From assembly GCA_016748015.1 (NCBI GenBank), contig JAAOMT010000760.1, positions 820,216 through 884,215 of the forward strand: 64,000 bases of DNA, in the 5' to 3' direction. This DNA is from Geosiphon pyriformis uo1. Taxonomy: Eukaryota > Fungi > Glomeromycota. The notes beneath the pieces were generated by a model. It was not told the origin of the DNA and did no database searches. It saw only the letters and a list, made by a program, of their open reading frames with translations. Both the position numbers and the translations under genes were made by a program. Position 1 is the stretch's first letter; each line of letters starts with the position of its first letter. Shown in pieces: positions 38,571-53,779 of the stretch.

Positions 38571-41500
38571 TATTTTAATTGGTTCAAATAGCTGGTTATA
38601 TATAATAAATACATAAATCACATTTAGTTAAATTTAATTGGTTTGTTTTTGTATATTAAATAATAATTAGACTATACTTATTAAAAATAAAATAAAATAA
38701 TAATAATAAATAACACTGATATTAAGATTTTATTAGTATATTTAGACAAAAAACTTATTTGCAAGATTTATTAAAAGTAAATAAAAATTATTAAACAAAT
38801 ATCAATACAAATTAATTAAAAACAAAAAACAAAAAGAAAAAAAAATATTTAAATAATAATAATAATAATTTTAAAAAATTATTATATAATAAATTAAGTC
38901 AAATTAAATTATTTAACTATATATTATATTGGTTTTAAACAAGTAATAAAAGATTAGTATTAATAACTTATAGAAATATAGAAAAATATCAATATTAGAA
39001 ATATAATAATTTAATATTTTATAATTTTATACTTTATTTTTATAAATTAAATTCATAATAAAAATCTTTAAAAATACTAAAATTAAAAACTAAAAAAAAT
39101 GTTAAATTTTTGAATATTATCTAATTTTTAAAGATAATTTTTAAAACAAATTTGATAAAATATTAAAATAGAATAATAATAGTTATTTTATAAGTTATAA
39201 AACAATAATAAACTTAATACACTAAAAAATTAAGTTTAGAGTTATTATTTTTATATTAAAAACTTTTTAGTAGTATTAAAAAAACATATTTTTTAAATAG
39301 GTTAAGTAACAAAACTAAATTGTTAATAGTATGATTAAATATTTTTTGCCAAAAATCTATAATTAATAGTTATAACAAAGTCGAAATTGTAAATACAACA
39401 AAAATAATTCTGGAATTTTTGCAGAAAATCATTAAAGAAAAATAAAAGCTTTTTTCTTTTTTATAATAGACTTTATATCAGTTCCAATCATATTTGTAAT
39501 AATATAAAATACTATAATATCTAAATTTTTATAAAACAACTTTAATATATTATTAATTTCTTTAAGTTTTCTTAAAATTTTTGTTTTATAATATAAGTAA
39601 AACTCACTTTTATAGAACTTAATAACAACTTTTTTATAATTTATAATACTTATTCTGAAAATAATAGTATTTAATTTAAAACTTAAAATTATATTTACTT
39701 TTATGTTAATAAAAAATTTAATAAAAAATGCTTTATTGACTATTTTAAGATCTAATTATAAAATTCTATACAAAAACTTATTAATTTAGAGAACTAAATA
39801 GGGAAATAAACTTCTGAATTAAGTATTATACAGAATACATAAGATTTAAAAATATATTTTTTTAAATCATTGTTTTTAAAGTCTTGTAATAATATATTAT
39901 CTTAAAAAAAATTATATTTTTGTAAAATGTTTTGAAAATACATTCTAAAATCTGCAGCATGTTTTTATTTCAGTAAATATTTTTAATTTAACTACTATTT
40001 ATATCTTTTATATTAAGATTATAGAATATATAAAAAAGTCTATAATTCTTAGCATTAATAATAATTAATATGTAGTCTTAATTTTAATAATAATTATTAT
40101 AAAAAAAATATGTAGAATATTTATAATACTGTTAATATATATTTAAAATAAAAGTATTTTGTCAGTTATGCTTATTTTTAAATACTTAAAATTTTATGAA
40201 ATCCATAGTTTTGTTTTTAATATTGCAGTTATTTAACTATTTTAGAAATATAAGATAATAATTTACATAAACTTTGTTTTTTATATTATTATATTAATTG
40301 TCTTAATTAATAACTAAATCCCAAATTTTTAACACTTTTTTATAATATTTTTGCACCTATAGTTACATCAATACAACTTCATTACTTTAATTATCACTAA
40401 AATTGCTTAATTTTTTTAAAATTTGGTTGAATATTCTCTTTTTTTCTTTTAACAGTCCTTTTAAAAATAAGTAGTCTGATTTATACTTTATTAATTTGTT
40501 CTTGATTTGTTTGGCAATCTGGAATCCTAATTAGTAATTATTAAGATTAATAAATTTAACATAAAATATTAAAAAAAATAAGCAGATTATTTGAACAATA
40601 CTTGTATATATAAAAAAAACAATAATTATATAACTGATAGTAGAAAATAAGTTGAAAAATTAAAACAAATATTATTAATAAAAAATAAGTAATAAACAAT
40701 ATTATAAAAAGACATTATTTAAAGCCATACTAAAAAAAAAATGTGAAGTATAAAAAAGTAATTTTTACAACTTTTTTATTTTATATTATTTTTCAATGCT
40801 TGAGTTACAAAGTTATTATCTGTCATATTTATTTGAATTAACATATTTTGTAATTTTTACACTTGTATTTTCTATTTATTTTTTTTATTTAAATTATTTG
40901 CTTCTTTTTTTAGCTCTTTTTTTTCATCAATATTTGGTCACTTTTTTCCTTTCAATTTTTTCTCTAATTCACTTAACCTATCTTTTTTTAATCTTTTATA
41001 AACTTTTCAAGTTTTTTTATATATTTTCTATATTTATTTATAATCACTTCTAATTAATATTCGATATTTTCAACAGTAGCTATAGTGTTTTGTATATTTG
41101 TTATAATTTGGAAAAATAAATATGTTTGGTTCATATTAATAACATTTTAAATTTTACTAATATAATTGTTATTTATAAATATTGTATTATAGAATATTCC
41201 TTAATGTATTTATTAAAGTATATTTGTTAGTTAAATCTAAGTTATTATTGTTTTATATTTTAACATTATTTAAAAATTGTTTAATTATTATAAAATATAA
41301 ACTTGAATATATTAAAAATAAAATATTGTCAAATAATTTTAAATCTTAAATATTTAATTGATAATATTATTTTAACATTAGTTTTAAATCAATTATTATA
41401 TATTTAAAGATTTAATTTAAATTATATGTTATATTTCTATTGTATTTAATTATGTAACTTATATATATAATTATGTTCCATAATTTTTAAGTCATAAAAT

Positions 41501-44500
41501 TGAAAACCACATTTTGAAATATTACGAATTAGAATTATGAATTGGCTCAGTATTATGTGCATACTTTCCCAACACAAAATATTTTCTTTGTAAATATCTA
41601 GAATTTAAGCAAATATCAAAATCATGGAACCAAATTAAAATTTCAGCTGAAGTATTTTTTTTAGATGGTAGAAATTCTGAGGAAATTTTGGTTTACAAAA
41701 ATTTCTCTTTCTAAAAGATTTTCGAGGCAGATAGTTTATTTCTGAATTAAGTTTAATTTTTTTTAAAGAAATGCTAAAGTTCTAAGCAATTTTACTCATA
41801 CTAGACTTTACTTTGGAGTGAAAATAGGGTACTTTGAGTAATAATGATAGCAAAAACTTTCTCAAATACAGTTCTAGTTTGAATTCATCAAATATTTTGG
41901 GAATTCTAAAATGTCATTTGTAAATAATTAACTTTAAAGTAGATTTTTCTCTATTAATTTCATATTTTAGCTTTTGGTCTTGTTCTCACATGTTGAATTC
42001 AATTGATCAATTCTATATATACATTTAGAACATTCTCCTTAGAAAACAAAAATGTACTAACAACTTTTTTTTGAAATTGGTAAATTGTAACATGTTGAAT
42101 TATTAAAAAAATTCACTTAATAATATTTATAGGTCCGAATTTAATAAATTCCACTGATTTTTTATACAAATTTCCGGAACTAAAAGTATGCTTCAATAAA
42201 AACAATGCAAAGAGCATTTAATGAAAAAGTTTTATAATAAATTGTTATTAGTTTTTACCCAAATTTTTTAATCTGACCAAAACTTTATAATTCTTATTAA
42301 TTTTTACTATTCAGAACCAGAAATTAACGATCAATTAAATCAATGAAAAATAATATGTGATTATTTGCAACTAATTTTATCAAAATCATATTTTTTTGCT
42401 TTTGAAATAAAGCCAGTTAAAAATTTTAAAACTTCAAAAATGCCATCTTTATTATAAATATTATTGTAAAAAATCTAAATATTTTTATATAAATAAAAAA
42501 ATTTTTCATTAATAATTCATATAAAAAATAATTTGTGTACATAAAATATTAAATTAATTTAATTTTGAAAAAAGTTTGATAAAACTTTTTTGTAATCAAA
42601 TAAATCGTGCATCTGCACTGATATTACATCTATTTTGTTTATCTAAAATAAAGTTTTAGATTTATGAGTTTTTATTTGGTAAGTTTGTTTTGAATAAATA
42701 AATGAAATGAAAAATTAAATGCTGTACAATACAACTCAAATATTCTACATAAAAATTCTTTTTAAATTATTGTGAAAACCATTAGCTATAATTTATTCAC
42801 AATTACGGAAACACTTACAGGTATAAAATAATATTTTCTACATAAATAATCATTAAATATTATTATAAATGTTTTTTTTTGCAATTAAATTAGAAAAATT
42901 TGAAGAGATATGAAAAATTAAAAGCATGAACAAACTGGTGTTATAAAACTTAGTTTAAATGGTTTATAGATGGCCAAAATATAAATTAAATTAATTCAAT
43001 TAAAGTATTTTTTTAATAAATCTGTGTGACATTTGTCTTTTCTAACATTAAACTCTTGTTAATATAATTTGTTTCACATCTTTATTGTGTCTATTGTAAA
43101 TACATCCTTGAATAATATGAAATATGAAAGACATTATAAATTTTTTAAAGCTATAAAGCCATTGACTACTGTTGGTATACCAGACAATTTAATATAATTT
43201 GGAATTTACAGAAATTATATGGATTAATTATAAATAAGTAGCTCAAAGTCAAGAACTATTATGTTTAATAAATAATTTTCCATTTTATAACACCAATTGT
43301 TTTATGACCAATTAGTCAAAATTAATAAGATTTCAAATTAATTTTTTAATTTTTATTGTTAAAACGATTATATTAATTAGAAAATTTTTTATAAAATCTA
43401 TGATTTAAGTCTGAATATGAAAAAATTTTTAATATTTTTGCAAAAATTTTATTTACTGTTTGTATTTTTTATGCAAACGATTTTTGTTAATTTATTAAAT
43501 AAGAAAATCATCAATTAATTAATTCTTAGCTATAAAGTATAAAAAATTTAGATATTAAGTTAGGATTCTAATTTTATTGCGATTTGAAAACTACAATGAA
43601 CTTTTAAAATTAAGAATTTTAAAAAAACTTATTACACAAGTACTCAGAAAAAACTAAAACCACACATTGACATTCAATAAATATGTTTATATTTGCTTTA
43701 AAAACAAAATTAGATTGTAATTATCAAAGTTTTTATTTGAATAATAATTTAAGTTGTTAAATTTTATACCAAAATTTATACATTATATGTTATATAGATA
43801 CAATATTACTTTTATTAAAATGTTGCAAATAAGATATTAAACCAAGAAATTTATTATCATATGATCAATAAAATTTAAAAGAAGCCAAATCTATTAACTA
43901 ATTTTCAAAAATAACTATTGCTGAATTGTTTTTTTGGATTCAGAAATACTTTTGTAAATGAATTAATAGAATTATTAACAAGACATAATAAAATTCAAAT
44001 AATTTTCATGTATTCAAGAAAGCAATTGCAAAATAATAAAATGGCAAATAGATTTTATAATCTATTATATAGTTGGTATTCATGTCTCTTTTTCCTAATT
44101 AATGTGTGAAATATTTGTGTTTTTGATTGTATTTGGCAATTTTTTGGCAGTATATATTATGTAACTTTTATATGAGGTCTTAAGTCTAAAAGTTAAAATA
44201 TAATAATATAATAATATAATTCTATGTTATATTGCTTAACTAATCTCTTGAATTTTAATTTTAATTAAATAGCTTTTTTTTTCTTTCGAAATTAAAATAG
44301 ATTTAAATAATTTTTATCCATTTATTGTACATGTATATTTAAATGACTAAAAAAATGATTTTCAATAGTTTATTTATTTTTAACAAAGTTTCTTGCTAGT
44401 ATTGAGTTTTATTTAAGATAAGTAGATGATTAAAACCTTTTTTGGCATAGAATGGAAGACGATTTGAGAATACATATAAACCTAAAATTATTAATAATTA

Positions 44501-47500
44501 CATAAAAAAAGACTACTTAGTCTGGAAAAAGTTGAAAATTTTTTTTTGCAAAGATTTTGTCAAATAAAGCTTTCTTCTTTCAAAATTTGGATGAACTTCA
44601 AATAAAAAAAAAATGATTTAATTAACCTTTTAAAATTCTCAAAAAAGGCTATTATTATTCTGTTTGAGATCAATTAATCACTTTAATTTCTCATTTTAAT
44701 GCATGAATGTTGAATAATAATAATATTAATTTATATAATTTTCAGATTTAATTTATGATGCAAATTAGCCTGTTTTAATCTTTTTAAACTCAGTGTGTAT
44801 TTGTTTGATAGATATCAAAATAAGAAGCAAATAAATTTTGAAAGAGAATTTTTTGTGCTTTTATCAAGCTTAAAAAAAGTTTAATAATATCTGGCATTAG
44901 TTTTAATATCAAATTGCCAAGATCCCGAAGTAAATGAAAATAAAAGCTACAATTTAAAAGAAAAGAAATAATAAGAAAATTTATAAATTTTTTTAATTAA
45001 AAGTAATAACAACTTATTTTATAGCAATTAAAATTAAAAAATTGGAGAATAAAATAGATTTTATTATAAACTTAGTCAATTATATTAATAATTTGATAAA
45101 GTGTATAATTAATAAATTAAATAATTTGGTTTTAAAAATATTTCTTAAGACAATGCCTTCTTTTTGATTTAAAAAAGTTTCAAATCTGTTTTTTTTTACT
45201 AAAATTGATTAATAATAATTCAAAAAATAAAAGATTAACAATTATTAAAATTACAATAAAAAAATATAATACAATCCAAATATTAATTTAATTAGGTAAA
45301 AAAAAAACTTGGCAACTAAGAAACACTAATGGAAATTAATATTTAATACATGTAATCTGATAACAAAAGACTTTATTATGTTTTAAAATTCTTACTTAAT
45401 TTAATGTTTGATAATTTTAAAGCTTAAGTATTAATAATTAAAACATGATTTTTTATAATACTTTGTAGTATGAAAAATATTTTTTATATTTGAATTATAT
45501 TAAATTTTTTCAAATAAAGTATTTTTCTTTTAAAAAAACACTATTTCGAAATTAAGAATCCAAAGAAAATACCTTATTTTAATTTAACATAAAATAAATA
45601 AATTTTTAAAATCCAATAATTACATAAAGACTTTATGTAATACTTTTATTATTATATAAAAATTTGATATGGCAATGCTTAAAATAAAATTTTTTACATT
45701 TTATAATCAAAGCTTTTTATTGTTACTATAAATTATTTTTCAAATCTTATTTAACATGTGTTTCATATAATAATTAAATTGTTTATTTCTAATTATGAAA
45801 TCCTAAAGAGCTATTAATGTGTTCAAATACTTTTTCAAGTATTCAAATAAAGCAAAAGTGATAAAAAGTAAAAACTTTTGAAAATTATATACATTATATT
45901 TATATTAATAATTTTTTTCAAATAAAAAAAAGAAATTTAATTTATTTGCTCTTATACTAAAGTCTATAAATATGGATTTATCTGAAATTTTACTTGACTT
46001 TTTGGTTTATTAAATGATGAAAATATTTTCAAAATTGTGCTGTAAATTTTTTAAATGATAAATAAAATAGTTTAAAAACAAACTTTTATTTTAGATATGA
46101 GTAAGATACAATATTACAAAATATTTTTTAAATTAACTATTATTTAATTAAAAATTATAGTCAAATCACAAAAACAATTATAGTATTTAAAATTATTACT
46201 GCTTAAACATTTAGATTTTTTATCTTTTTAAAAACTCAATTAAAAAACAATATTTATTAATTCTAGACTTTAGGGTTCCCAAAACCACATAATATTTGTC
46301 AAAATTTTGTTTCAAATTCAAGTTTATAACTAATTAATAGAGCTTTTGAAATCTGAATCTTTAACAAATTATTAATATTTACATAATATACATATCATTA
46401 TAATTATATCTTATCAAATTTCAATTTTATTTATTTATTACCATTATAATAAACTTTTAAAACCAATAACCATATTAATAAATTTGAACTAAATATCAAA
46501 GTTTAGAATTTTTTTATGTTTAAATTTTTTAATTATTAATCTTATTTGATAGATTAATAATTAAATATAAGGTTTTTGTTTAACATAGTTCGATAAAAAA
46601 CAATAAATTCAATTTAAGTTACTATCAAATCTATTGAATATATTTATCTCTTCTTGACAATACAATGCTATATTTATATTGATTTTCAAATTGTTAGTCT
46701 GAAAAAAGTTAAAATTGTTTAAAATAGATATAAAAATTAATAGAAATATTTATTTTTTTCATTAATATAAACAATTTACACAGCAATAGTTTACCAAAAA
46801 AGATGCCAAACAAGTTTGTTATTATATAAATTATGAAGATATTGAAATATTTTATTATAAGACTTTCATAAATTATATATATATATATATAAACTTTATT
46901 AATCAATTGTGTTTTATTTTTTCAGTATTTTAACAGATCTGTGAATAAAATAATAAATATATAGAATATTAAATTCCAAAAAATTCAGCAATCTTAAATC
47001 TTGATGTATTAAACTCAGTATTAAAATTTTGATATTTTCTATTCAGCTTAATTCTATTGATTTTAAGCAGTTTTTTCTTGTTTATTGTTCAAACTACTAA
47101 ATTATATATATTTCAATTTATTTTGAAACATACTAAAATTAAAACTTTTTTAAGGTTAAATAAAATTATGCCAATAAAAAGTTTTTTAAGAGTGTTAAAT
47201 TAAAATAAAAGCTTTTTTCTTAGGTATTTATTAATATTTCATTTGGCACTAGCCTTTTTAAAATTAAAAAAAAAATTAAAATTTTAATTAAACTAATAAA
47301 TGTCTTAATTATTTTAATAAAAATTTCCAAGAACAGTTAATTATTTAAATTATTAAGACATAAATTATAAAAACTCTTTACTTAAAAACTATATATTTTT
47401 GACTTTTTTTAAAAAAACAAAAAAAATCACATTAAAATATATTATCAAAATTAAATATACTGAAATAATAAACTCAATTTATGTAAAATAATTTTTTAGT

Positions 47501-48058
47501 CTTAATTATAAAAAAAAAAACATTAATTTAGAAATCTATATAAATTTTTTGTAAGTATATGTTGATAATGCTCTAACAAAAATAAACCTTTTTAAAATAC
47601 ATGTACTTTGAAATTTTTCACATAAATAAATTTAGAAATAATATTGAAAAATAATATTTGCTTAATAAAATAGTAAAATTATATCAGCTTATGCTAAAAT
47701 TAACTAATTTCAATTAATTTATTAGTTTAAAATAAATTTTTAATCTGTATAATTAATATAAATTTTAAAAAAAATTTACTATTTAAAATTGGCATGTTAT
47801 TAAAATATAGCCAAAATTTTTTATTAAACAGTTTTTATAATCTAATCAAAAAAAAATTTCGTAATTAATAAAATAAGAAATTTAAACATCTATTATAAAA
47901 GAGTATTAACATTTAAAAGATTAAATAAAAAAACTCTTTTTTGTCAATCCCCTAACCATGACAAGAGCGAATTTTACCAAAGTCTTAATTAGCTCTTTTC
48001 TCTTTTACCCTCTGTTTTCTTTCTAATTATTCCTTCCGATTTTCTTTCTTTTGTTGCG

Positions 48059-50009
48059 ATGGAACCAGTAAACTCCTCTGCTGGTGGTTCTAGTTTTGTT
48101 TCAACTGGGTTGGAGACCCAGTCTAATAATAAAAAGAAAGCACATGTTAAGAGCATATATTCTTGTGGTTCTTTGTATAATAAATCTAAAATTCCTAAAA
48201 ATACTGATGGTGTGGTCAATTCATTGCCTGGTCCTATTCCTGGCAACATTTTACAAGCTGGTGATTTAAATTGAAAGGTGTCTTGGGACAGAAAGTGAGG
48301 ATGCTAATATTAGTGAGGTATCTAACTTGGAAAACATGGGTAATATGGTGGCAGAAGAAATGAGTTACGTAGATTCCAACAATTCCAAAGCTAACAATAT
48401 GGTGGATAATATGACTCCAAGAAAGACATGAACAAGAACATATGTTCTGGGACAACTGCCAAAGAAGCTTTCTTTCAATGTTATGAGTAACGTCAATAAC
48501 GTTTTAGAACTCCCATCTCCCAAGTTTCAAGGTTCCAATCAACTGCCAAGTGCCAAGTCATGTGTTCTGGAAAAAAAAAGCTTCGAGCCAGTAAAATCAT
48601 TTGTATTAGATATTGAGCTTTTGGCTGTTCCAGAGAAAAATGTTAGTGAGAAATTAATTTCAATTAAAAAAATTTTTTATCAAATAAATGGTTTTGAAGG
48701 AGCTTCTACTCCCTCAAAATTCCCAGAGATTATTAGATCCTCCTTTACTTCTGAGTTGAGTCTTAATAAGGCTAAGAAATTGGCAATTTGTGGAAAGATT
48801 TTAGTAAATAATGATGTTAAAAAGTTGGGTGTTTGTTCAAATTGGGAAATAATTGTCAAGGAAATTCCAGTAGATCTTTCCAAATTAGCAGTTGAGTCAG
48901 TTTTTGCTAAGTTTGGTAAGATTGTGTCAATCAAGATGTAATTAATTGGTTTGTGGCAGAAAGCTTTGGTTGAGTTTGAATCACCAGAGGTGGCTAGTTT
49001 GGTTGCTTCTAAATAGTCTGTTTTCATGGAAAAAGATTCTGTGCAGATGGCATTGGCTGTTGAAGATAAACAATCTTGGGTGTTCAGAAATCAGCATAGG
49101 GCCTTGCTCTATACTTTGCCAGTTGGCACTACTGCTCATGATTTGTTTAGTTTACTTGATTCATATGGTAAAAAAACCTGTTTTATTGGTTGCAATCCTA
49201 GTTCTTATGTCCATAACAGATGTGCTATGGTTTGTTTTACTGATGAGAAATCAAAGTTGGCTGTGATTGATTCTAATCCAGTTTTTAAGGGTGTGAATTT
49301 GCAATGGGCTGGTCTTTTTCTGGCTTGTTGCACCAAATGTAAACAAATTGGTCACATCTTTAATGCATGTTCATCTGGTGAGATTTCTGGAGTTTGTGGA
49401 AAGCGAGTGGTAACTGACCAGAATCAGGTTTGTCTGGCTGGTATTTATAAGAAGAAACAAGCTTCTATTGTCTGTCCAGTTTCTTTTGGTGGTAGAACTT
49501 GGGCTCAGGTAGCTGGTGGTTTCTTTTCTTGTGTAACTCCTTCAGTTCCTTTTGGTGTTGGTCTGTTTTTTGTTGCTAAGACCTCTCTATTTACTTCTGA
49601 TTTGTCTGGCAATCATAACGTGTATGGTTGTTTGGCTTCTTTGGAACACTTTTTAGAACTTTTGGCTGACCAGGTTTCTGGTATTTTGGAGAGATTGGGT
49701 TCCATAAAATTGGTGTTTTTGGCGATTACATTTGATGCTTCTCCCCCAGCAGTTCCAGTGTGTGTGGTTTTAGGTATAGATTTGAATATGGTATTGGATT
49801 GTACTTCATTGATTTCCAATCCCTTTCCTTCTGTCATCAGTGATACAGCTCCCATCATAAGTCCAAGTAGTTCTAAAGTTTTGACTACCAAGATCGGTGA
49901 TTTAGAATCTAAGATGGTGGCTTTGGAAGTTTTGGTTGAATCTGTTTTAGAAAAATTAGATTGTTTATGCTCAGATTTGGGTTCATTGGCTGCCTCTATT
50001 TCTAAATGA
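48059..50009 (+). pseudogene. LINE ORF1 (two RRM-like domains, CX2CX4HX4C knuckle, coiled coil)
   Basis: IIVKEIPVDLSKLAVESVFAKFGKIVSI, RALLYTLPVGTTAHDL, CTKCKQIGHIFNAC; contains stops and a frameshift. Confidence 0.8.
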
Positions 50010-50559
50010 GTGTTTTGGTTTGGAAAATTGCCATGTGCAATATAAGAGGCATGAACAATTCTGTGAAACAAGATGATATTATTCATTGGCATAAGGAGAC
50101 AAACAATTTAATTTTTATTGTTACTAAGACCAAGTTAAAGGGTAAAATTTGCCCATAGATCATGAATAAGTTTGATGATGTTCAGGTGTTCACTTTTGAT
50201 TTGGATTCTGGTCATGTGAGCTCTGGCATTGTAATTGTCATGAACATTTCTTTGGTAAGACATGTGTGCAAAGTTTCTGAGGTGCTTGGTCAGCTCCTGT
50301 CTATTAAGCTGCTTTTCAAGAATAAACTTTCTGTGACTATTTTGGGGCTATATGCTGGTGCTTCTTCAATGATTTGGTTTTCTCAGGCTGGTAAAGTCAA
50401 CTTTCTTATTGCTAAGGCTGTTAATGAATCTTCTTTATTGTTTTGGATGGTAATTTCAATGAGGACAGTTTGCGTAAGGGTGCAAGTTTTAAAAAATGTC
50501 TAAACTTGGGGCTGATCAACTCTTTGTCAGGTAGCCCAGTAGTAAAAAGTCTTACATGG
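50006..50559 (+). pseudogene. LINE ORF2 N-terminal AP endonuclease (truncated)
   Basis: MSVLVWKIAMCNIRGMN, VTKTKL (ETKL), TILGLYA, LDGNFN (GDFN); its ATG overlaps the ORF1 stop (ATGA). Confidence 0.85.
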
Positions 50560-51539
50560 TATTACCAGAAAGTTTTGGTCTCTTTTTTTGAATGTTTGTT
50601 AATGTTGCTTTGCTGTTAATTCATGTTTTCAGGAAGTAGTTGGATCTCCAGTAACTGAATTTATCTTCAAATTATCTTCTATAATTTGAACTTGCTGGGC
50701 TTATGAGTAGAATGGCCAATTCTGTGCCAATTACTTTGTATAGTTACATTGTAGTAAACATCAACTCTTTCCCAGGAATTGCTTGTCTAAAAGTTCACTA
50801 AAATATGTAGTTACTTTGCTGTGAAAGTCAACTTTTCTACAGGAATCTTGTCTGTAGGCTACTCTAATGATTGTAATAAGAAAAGAAAAGAAAAATAAAA
50901 GAAATGTAAAAGAAATAGAATTTTGTCAAGGGAAACGTTTTCAATCCAGGCCTGGAATCACTAACAGTTTATTGAAATTGGTAGCTAATCAATTTCAAAA
51001 CGTTAGTTGAGTTTTGAGAATTTTCCAAATGCAATAATTAAAGAGTTTTTGGTTTTTCAAATTATTTTATTTTTATTCTTTTTGTGTATGTAAGAGTGGT
51101 TCTAAGTAATAAATCTAAAGTAAGATATATTTTCTCAAAGAGAGAAGCTCTTCTTTTATACAACTTGTCATAATACTATTTTATGAACTTGAATTTTGCT
51201 ATTTTCTACAATTTCACTGAACTAAAGATATATTTCAGCGAATTACAAGTTATTTCTGTGAACTATTAAATATTTTGGTAAGCTATTAATTATTTCGGCA
51301 AATTTTTACAAATTTTGGCGAACTTTTGAATGTTACATAGTTCGGGGTATTGCATGATTGATCATTGCAATTAGGTTACATTTGTGTTGTGTACAAATTG
51401 GGTTATTAATTAAATGACAATTTCAAACATTTTGCTAATGTAATAAGTGATAATTTGAAATGATAATATATGCTAATTAATAATAGGAATTATAAGATAA
51501 TTTTATGCTAAATAATATTTCTAATTTTGTCTAGTAACA
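50560..51539 (-). repeat. 3' LTR of family B
   Basis: 980 bp, homologous to 59455-60433. Confidence 0.95.
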
Positions 51540-51550
51540 TAACCTCCTCC

Positions 51551-52227
51551 TCAAGACTGAGCTCCATCGAAGTCCAAGTACTGTCTGTCATTTACAAATA
51601 ATAATCCAAAATTATTGAAGAAATTTGGTTTGAAAATTGTTGAAATTTCAGTTCTGTGAGCTTTCCAATGTGTTGAATCTTTAAAGATTGAAAAATTGGG
51701 TTTTGTAGTACGTTTTTACAGGTGTGGAATAGGTCATAAAGTCTAAGAGCAGCTCTGAGCCTGTAGCGACTGTTTGTTGATCCAGCTGTTGTCTTGAATT
51801 TGTTGTGGAGTTGTTTCTGAATAGCTTTTTTTGTAAGATTTGTTGTTGTAAGTTCCAATTTCCATTTGTAGAGTGTTTTTTCAATGTGAAAATATCTATA
51901 AATTGGAGGATATTCAGTGTTTTCTTCATTGAGATACAGTTAAAGTCTTTGTTGAATTGTAGCATTTAGTGAAATACTAATCAGAGTGAGCATTAGGTTT
52001 TCTTTTAAAGCAAGCTTTAAAAGTTCTGGCAGGTAAATTCCAGTATAACTTTTTGTGTTCTTCTTATATGAGTGATATTTTTGTGAATTTGGGGCTAAAT
52101 TTATAACTACTTCTGTTTAGATATAATTAATGTGGTTTCCAGTAACAGTAATAGATAATTCAGGTATTGTTTTTAAAGCTAATATTAGTTTTTGGAATAA
52201 TTGTTGAATGTTTTGAGGAATAGTCAT
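51551..52227 (-). pseudogene. ORF3 of family B (~220 aa, unknown)
   Basis: MTIPQNIQQLFQKLI...YRYFHIEK...AALRLYDLF...IGKLTELKFQQF, then after a frameshift YLDFDGAQS* ending at the PPT. Confidence 0.72.
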
Positions 52228-52343
52228 TATAAGCAATTTGAAATAAAAGAAAATTATTTTTGGTGTATGGGTTTTTATGTTATTTTTGTTTTGTTTTTGT
52301 GAAATTGTTTCTAAATTATAAGAGAATAACTTGTAAAATTAAA

Positions 52344-53728
52344 TTAAGTGTTTAGGTTGGAAGGTTGTTCAATGACAACTATTGGTTCTAAGTTTTGGAG
52401 AATATCTTCGGAATTGACTAAAGAAGAATGTGTACCAATTTGTAAAATTAATGGTTCAGGATTGTTTCTGGAATAATAGTGTTTCAAACTATCTCCATGT
52501 GCAACTTTTGCTAGGATTTTGTCATCAAGTTTTAGCTTGTATAATCTGTTGCCTAGGACTTCATGGATAAAGAATGGTCCATCCCATTTATTTTCAAATT
52601 TTTCACTCCATTGTTTTTCAGCTTTAGTTCTGTGTAAGAAAACTTTGTTTCCGATTTTAAATTCATTGGTGACTGGAAGGAATTTGTCATCATGCCATTC
52701 TTTTTGTTGAGCTTGGGAGTGTTCAATATGGGTGACTGTTATTCGTCATTTTCCTTCCAATGTGCTAAGCAGAGTATAGACTCTTTGCTGAAGCATTTCT
52801 TGGAAATTGTTTTCATTGATTGGTTGTGCTGGATATGTTTCCACTGTGAAACTAATTGGTAATATTGCTGTTCTTCTGTAAGTTAAATCAAATGGTGTGT
52901 GTTTTGTAGTATCTTGTTTTAGTGTTCTGTATGTTAGCAACACTGATGGAATAAAGATATTCCACTTTTGCTCAAAATTGGTTGAGACTTTGGCTAATGA
53001 CTCACACAATGTTCTGTTAAAACGTTCCACAAATCCATTTGTTTGTAGATGGTAGAGCAAAGACAGAGGTCTTTTGACATTAAATTGTTCACAAATTTTT
53101 TGTATCAGGTTGTTCACAAAGTCTGTCACCTGATCGGATAAAAGTTCAATTGGACATTCATGTCTACAAATAATGTCTTCGTAGATAAAATTTGTTACTG
53201 ATTTAGCATCTGCTCGTTGAATGGCTCTGGCTTTGGGCCATTTAGTAAGATAGTCTACAGCTATTGCGATATAATGGTTTTCTTGAGTGGTGATAGATAG
53301 TAATCCAACTAAATCAATACCAACTCAGTCAAAGAGTTGTCCAACTTTAATTGGATTTAATGGTTCAGTAGGGCGTGTTCCTTTTCTTCTTTGACAACTA
53401 TCATAAGATTCAACATATTCGTGAATGTCTTTTCTCATTTGAGGCCAAAAGTAGTATTCTAGTGTTCTTTGGGTGGTGCTATTTTTTCCGAAGTGTGCTG
53501 ATAAAAAATCTGAGTGCATGTTGTATAATATGGTCTCTTTTTTCTGTTCTTGTATTAATCTGAATGGTTTGTCTGGGTTTTTGAAATTTCGATGATAAAT
53601 AATGTTGTTGTGTAGAAAATATTGTTTGGCTTGTTGTTGTAGTCAATGTTTTTCATCTGGAGACCAATCTGTTGGATTGTTAATGTTTCCAAATATTGTT
53701 TGAGATTGTTGTAGTTTTCTGAATTCAT
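52344..53728 (-). pseudogene. ORF2 of family B: integrase
   Basis: MNSENYNNLKQYL, HSDFLSAH...YDSC, GIDLVG, SDQ, QTNGFVERFN, WDGPFFI. Confidence 0.9.
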
Positions 53729-53779
53729 TGTTTGTTGGCTCTTTTGGTTGGTTAAGTTGAGTGTTGTTTTTTGTGTTTT

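Larger units (their letters stand above)
47935..50559 (+). mobile_element. 5' part of a LINE (non-LTR retrotransposon), cut off by the family B LTR
   Basis: ORF1 with RRM-like domains and a CCHC knuckle, followed by an APE endonuclease that ends abruptly at 50559. Start approximate. Confidence 0.85.

Noticed and set aside
40796-46906. Short ORFs in the AT-rich 40-47 kb region
   Set aside because: F/L/I/K/N-rich low-complexity translations with no domain signal; small exons of a spliced gene cannot be excluded by eye.
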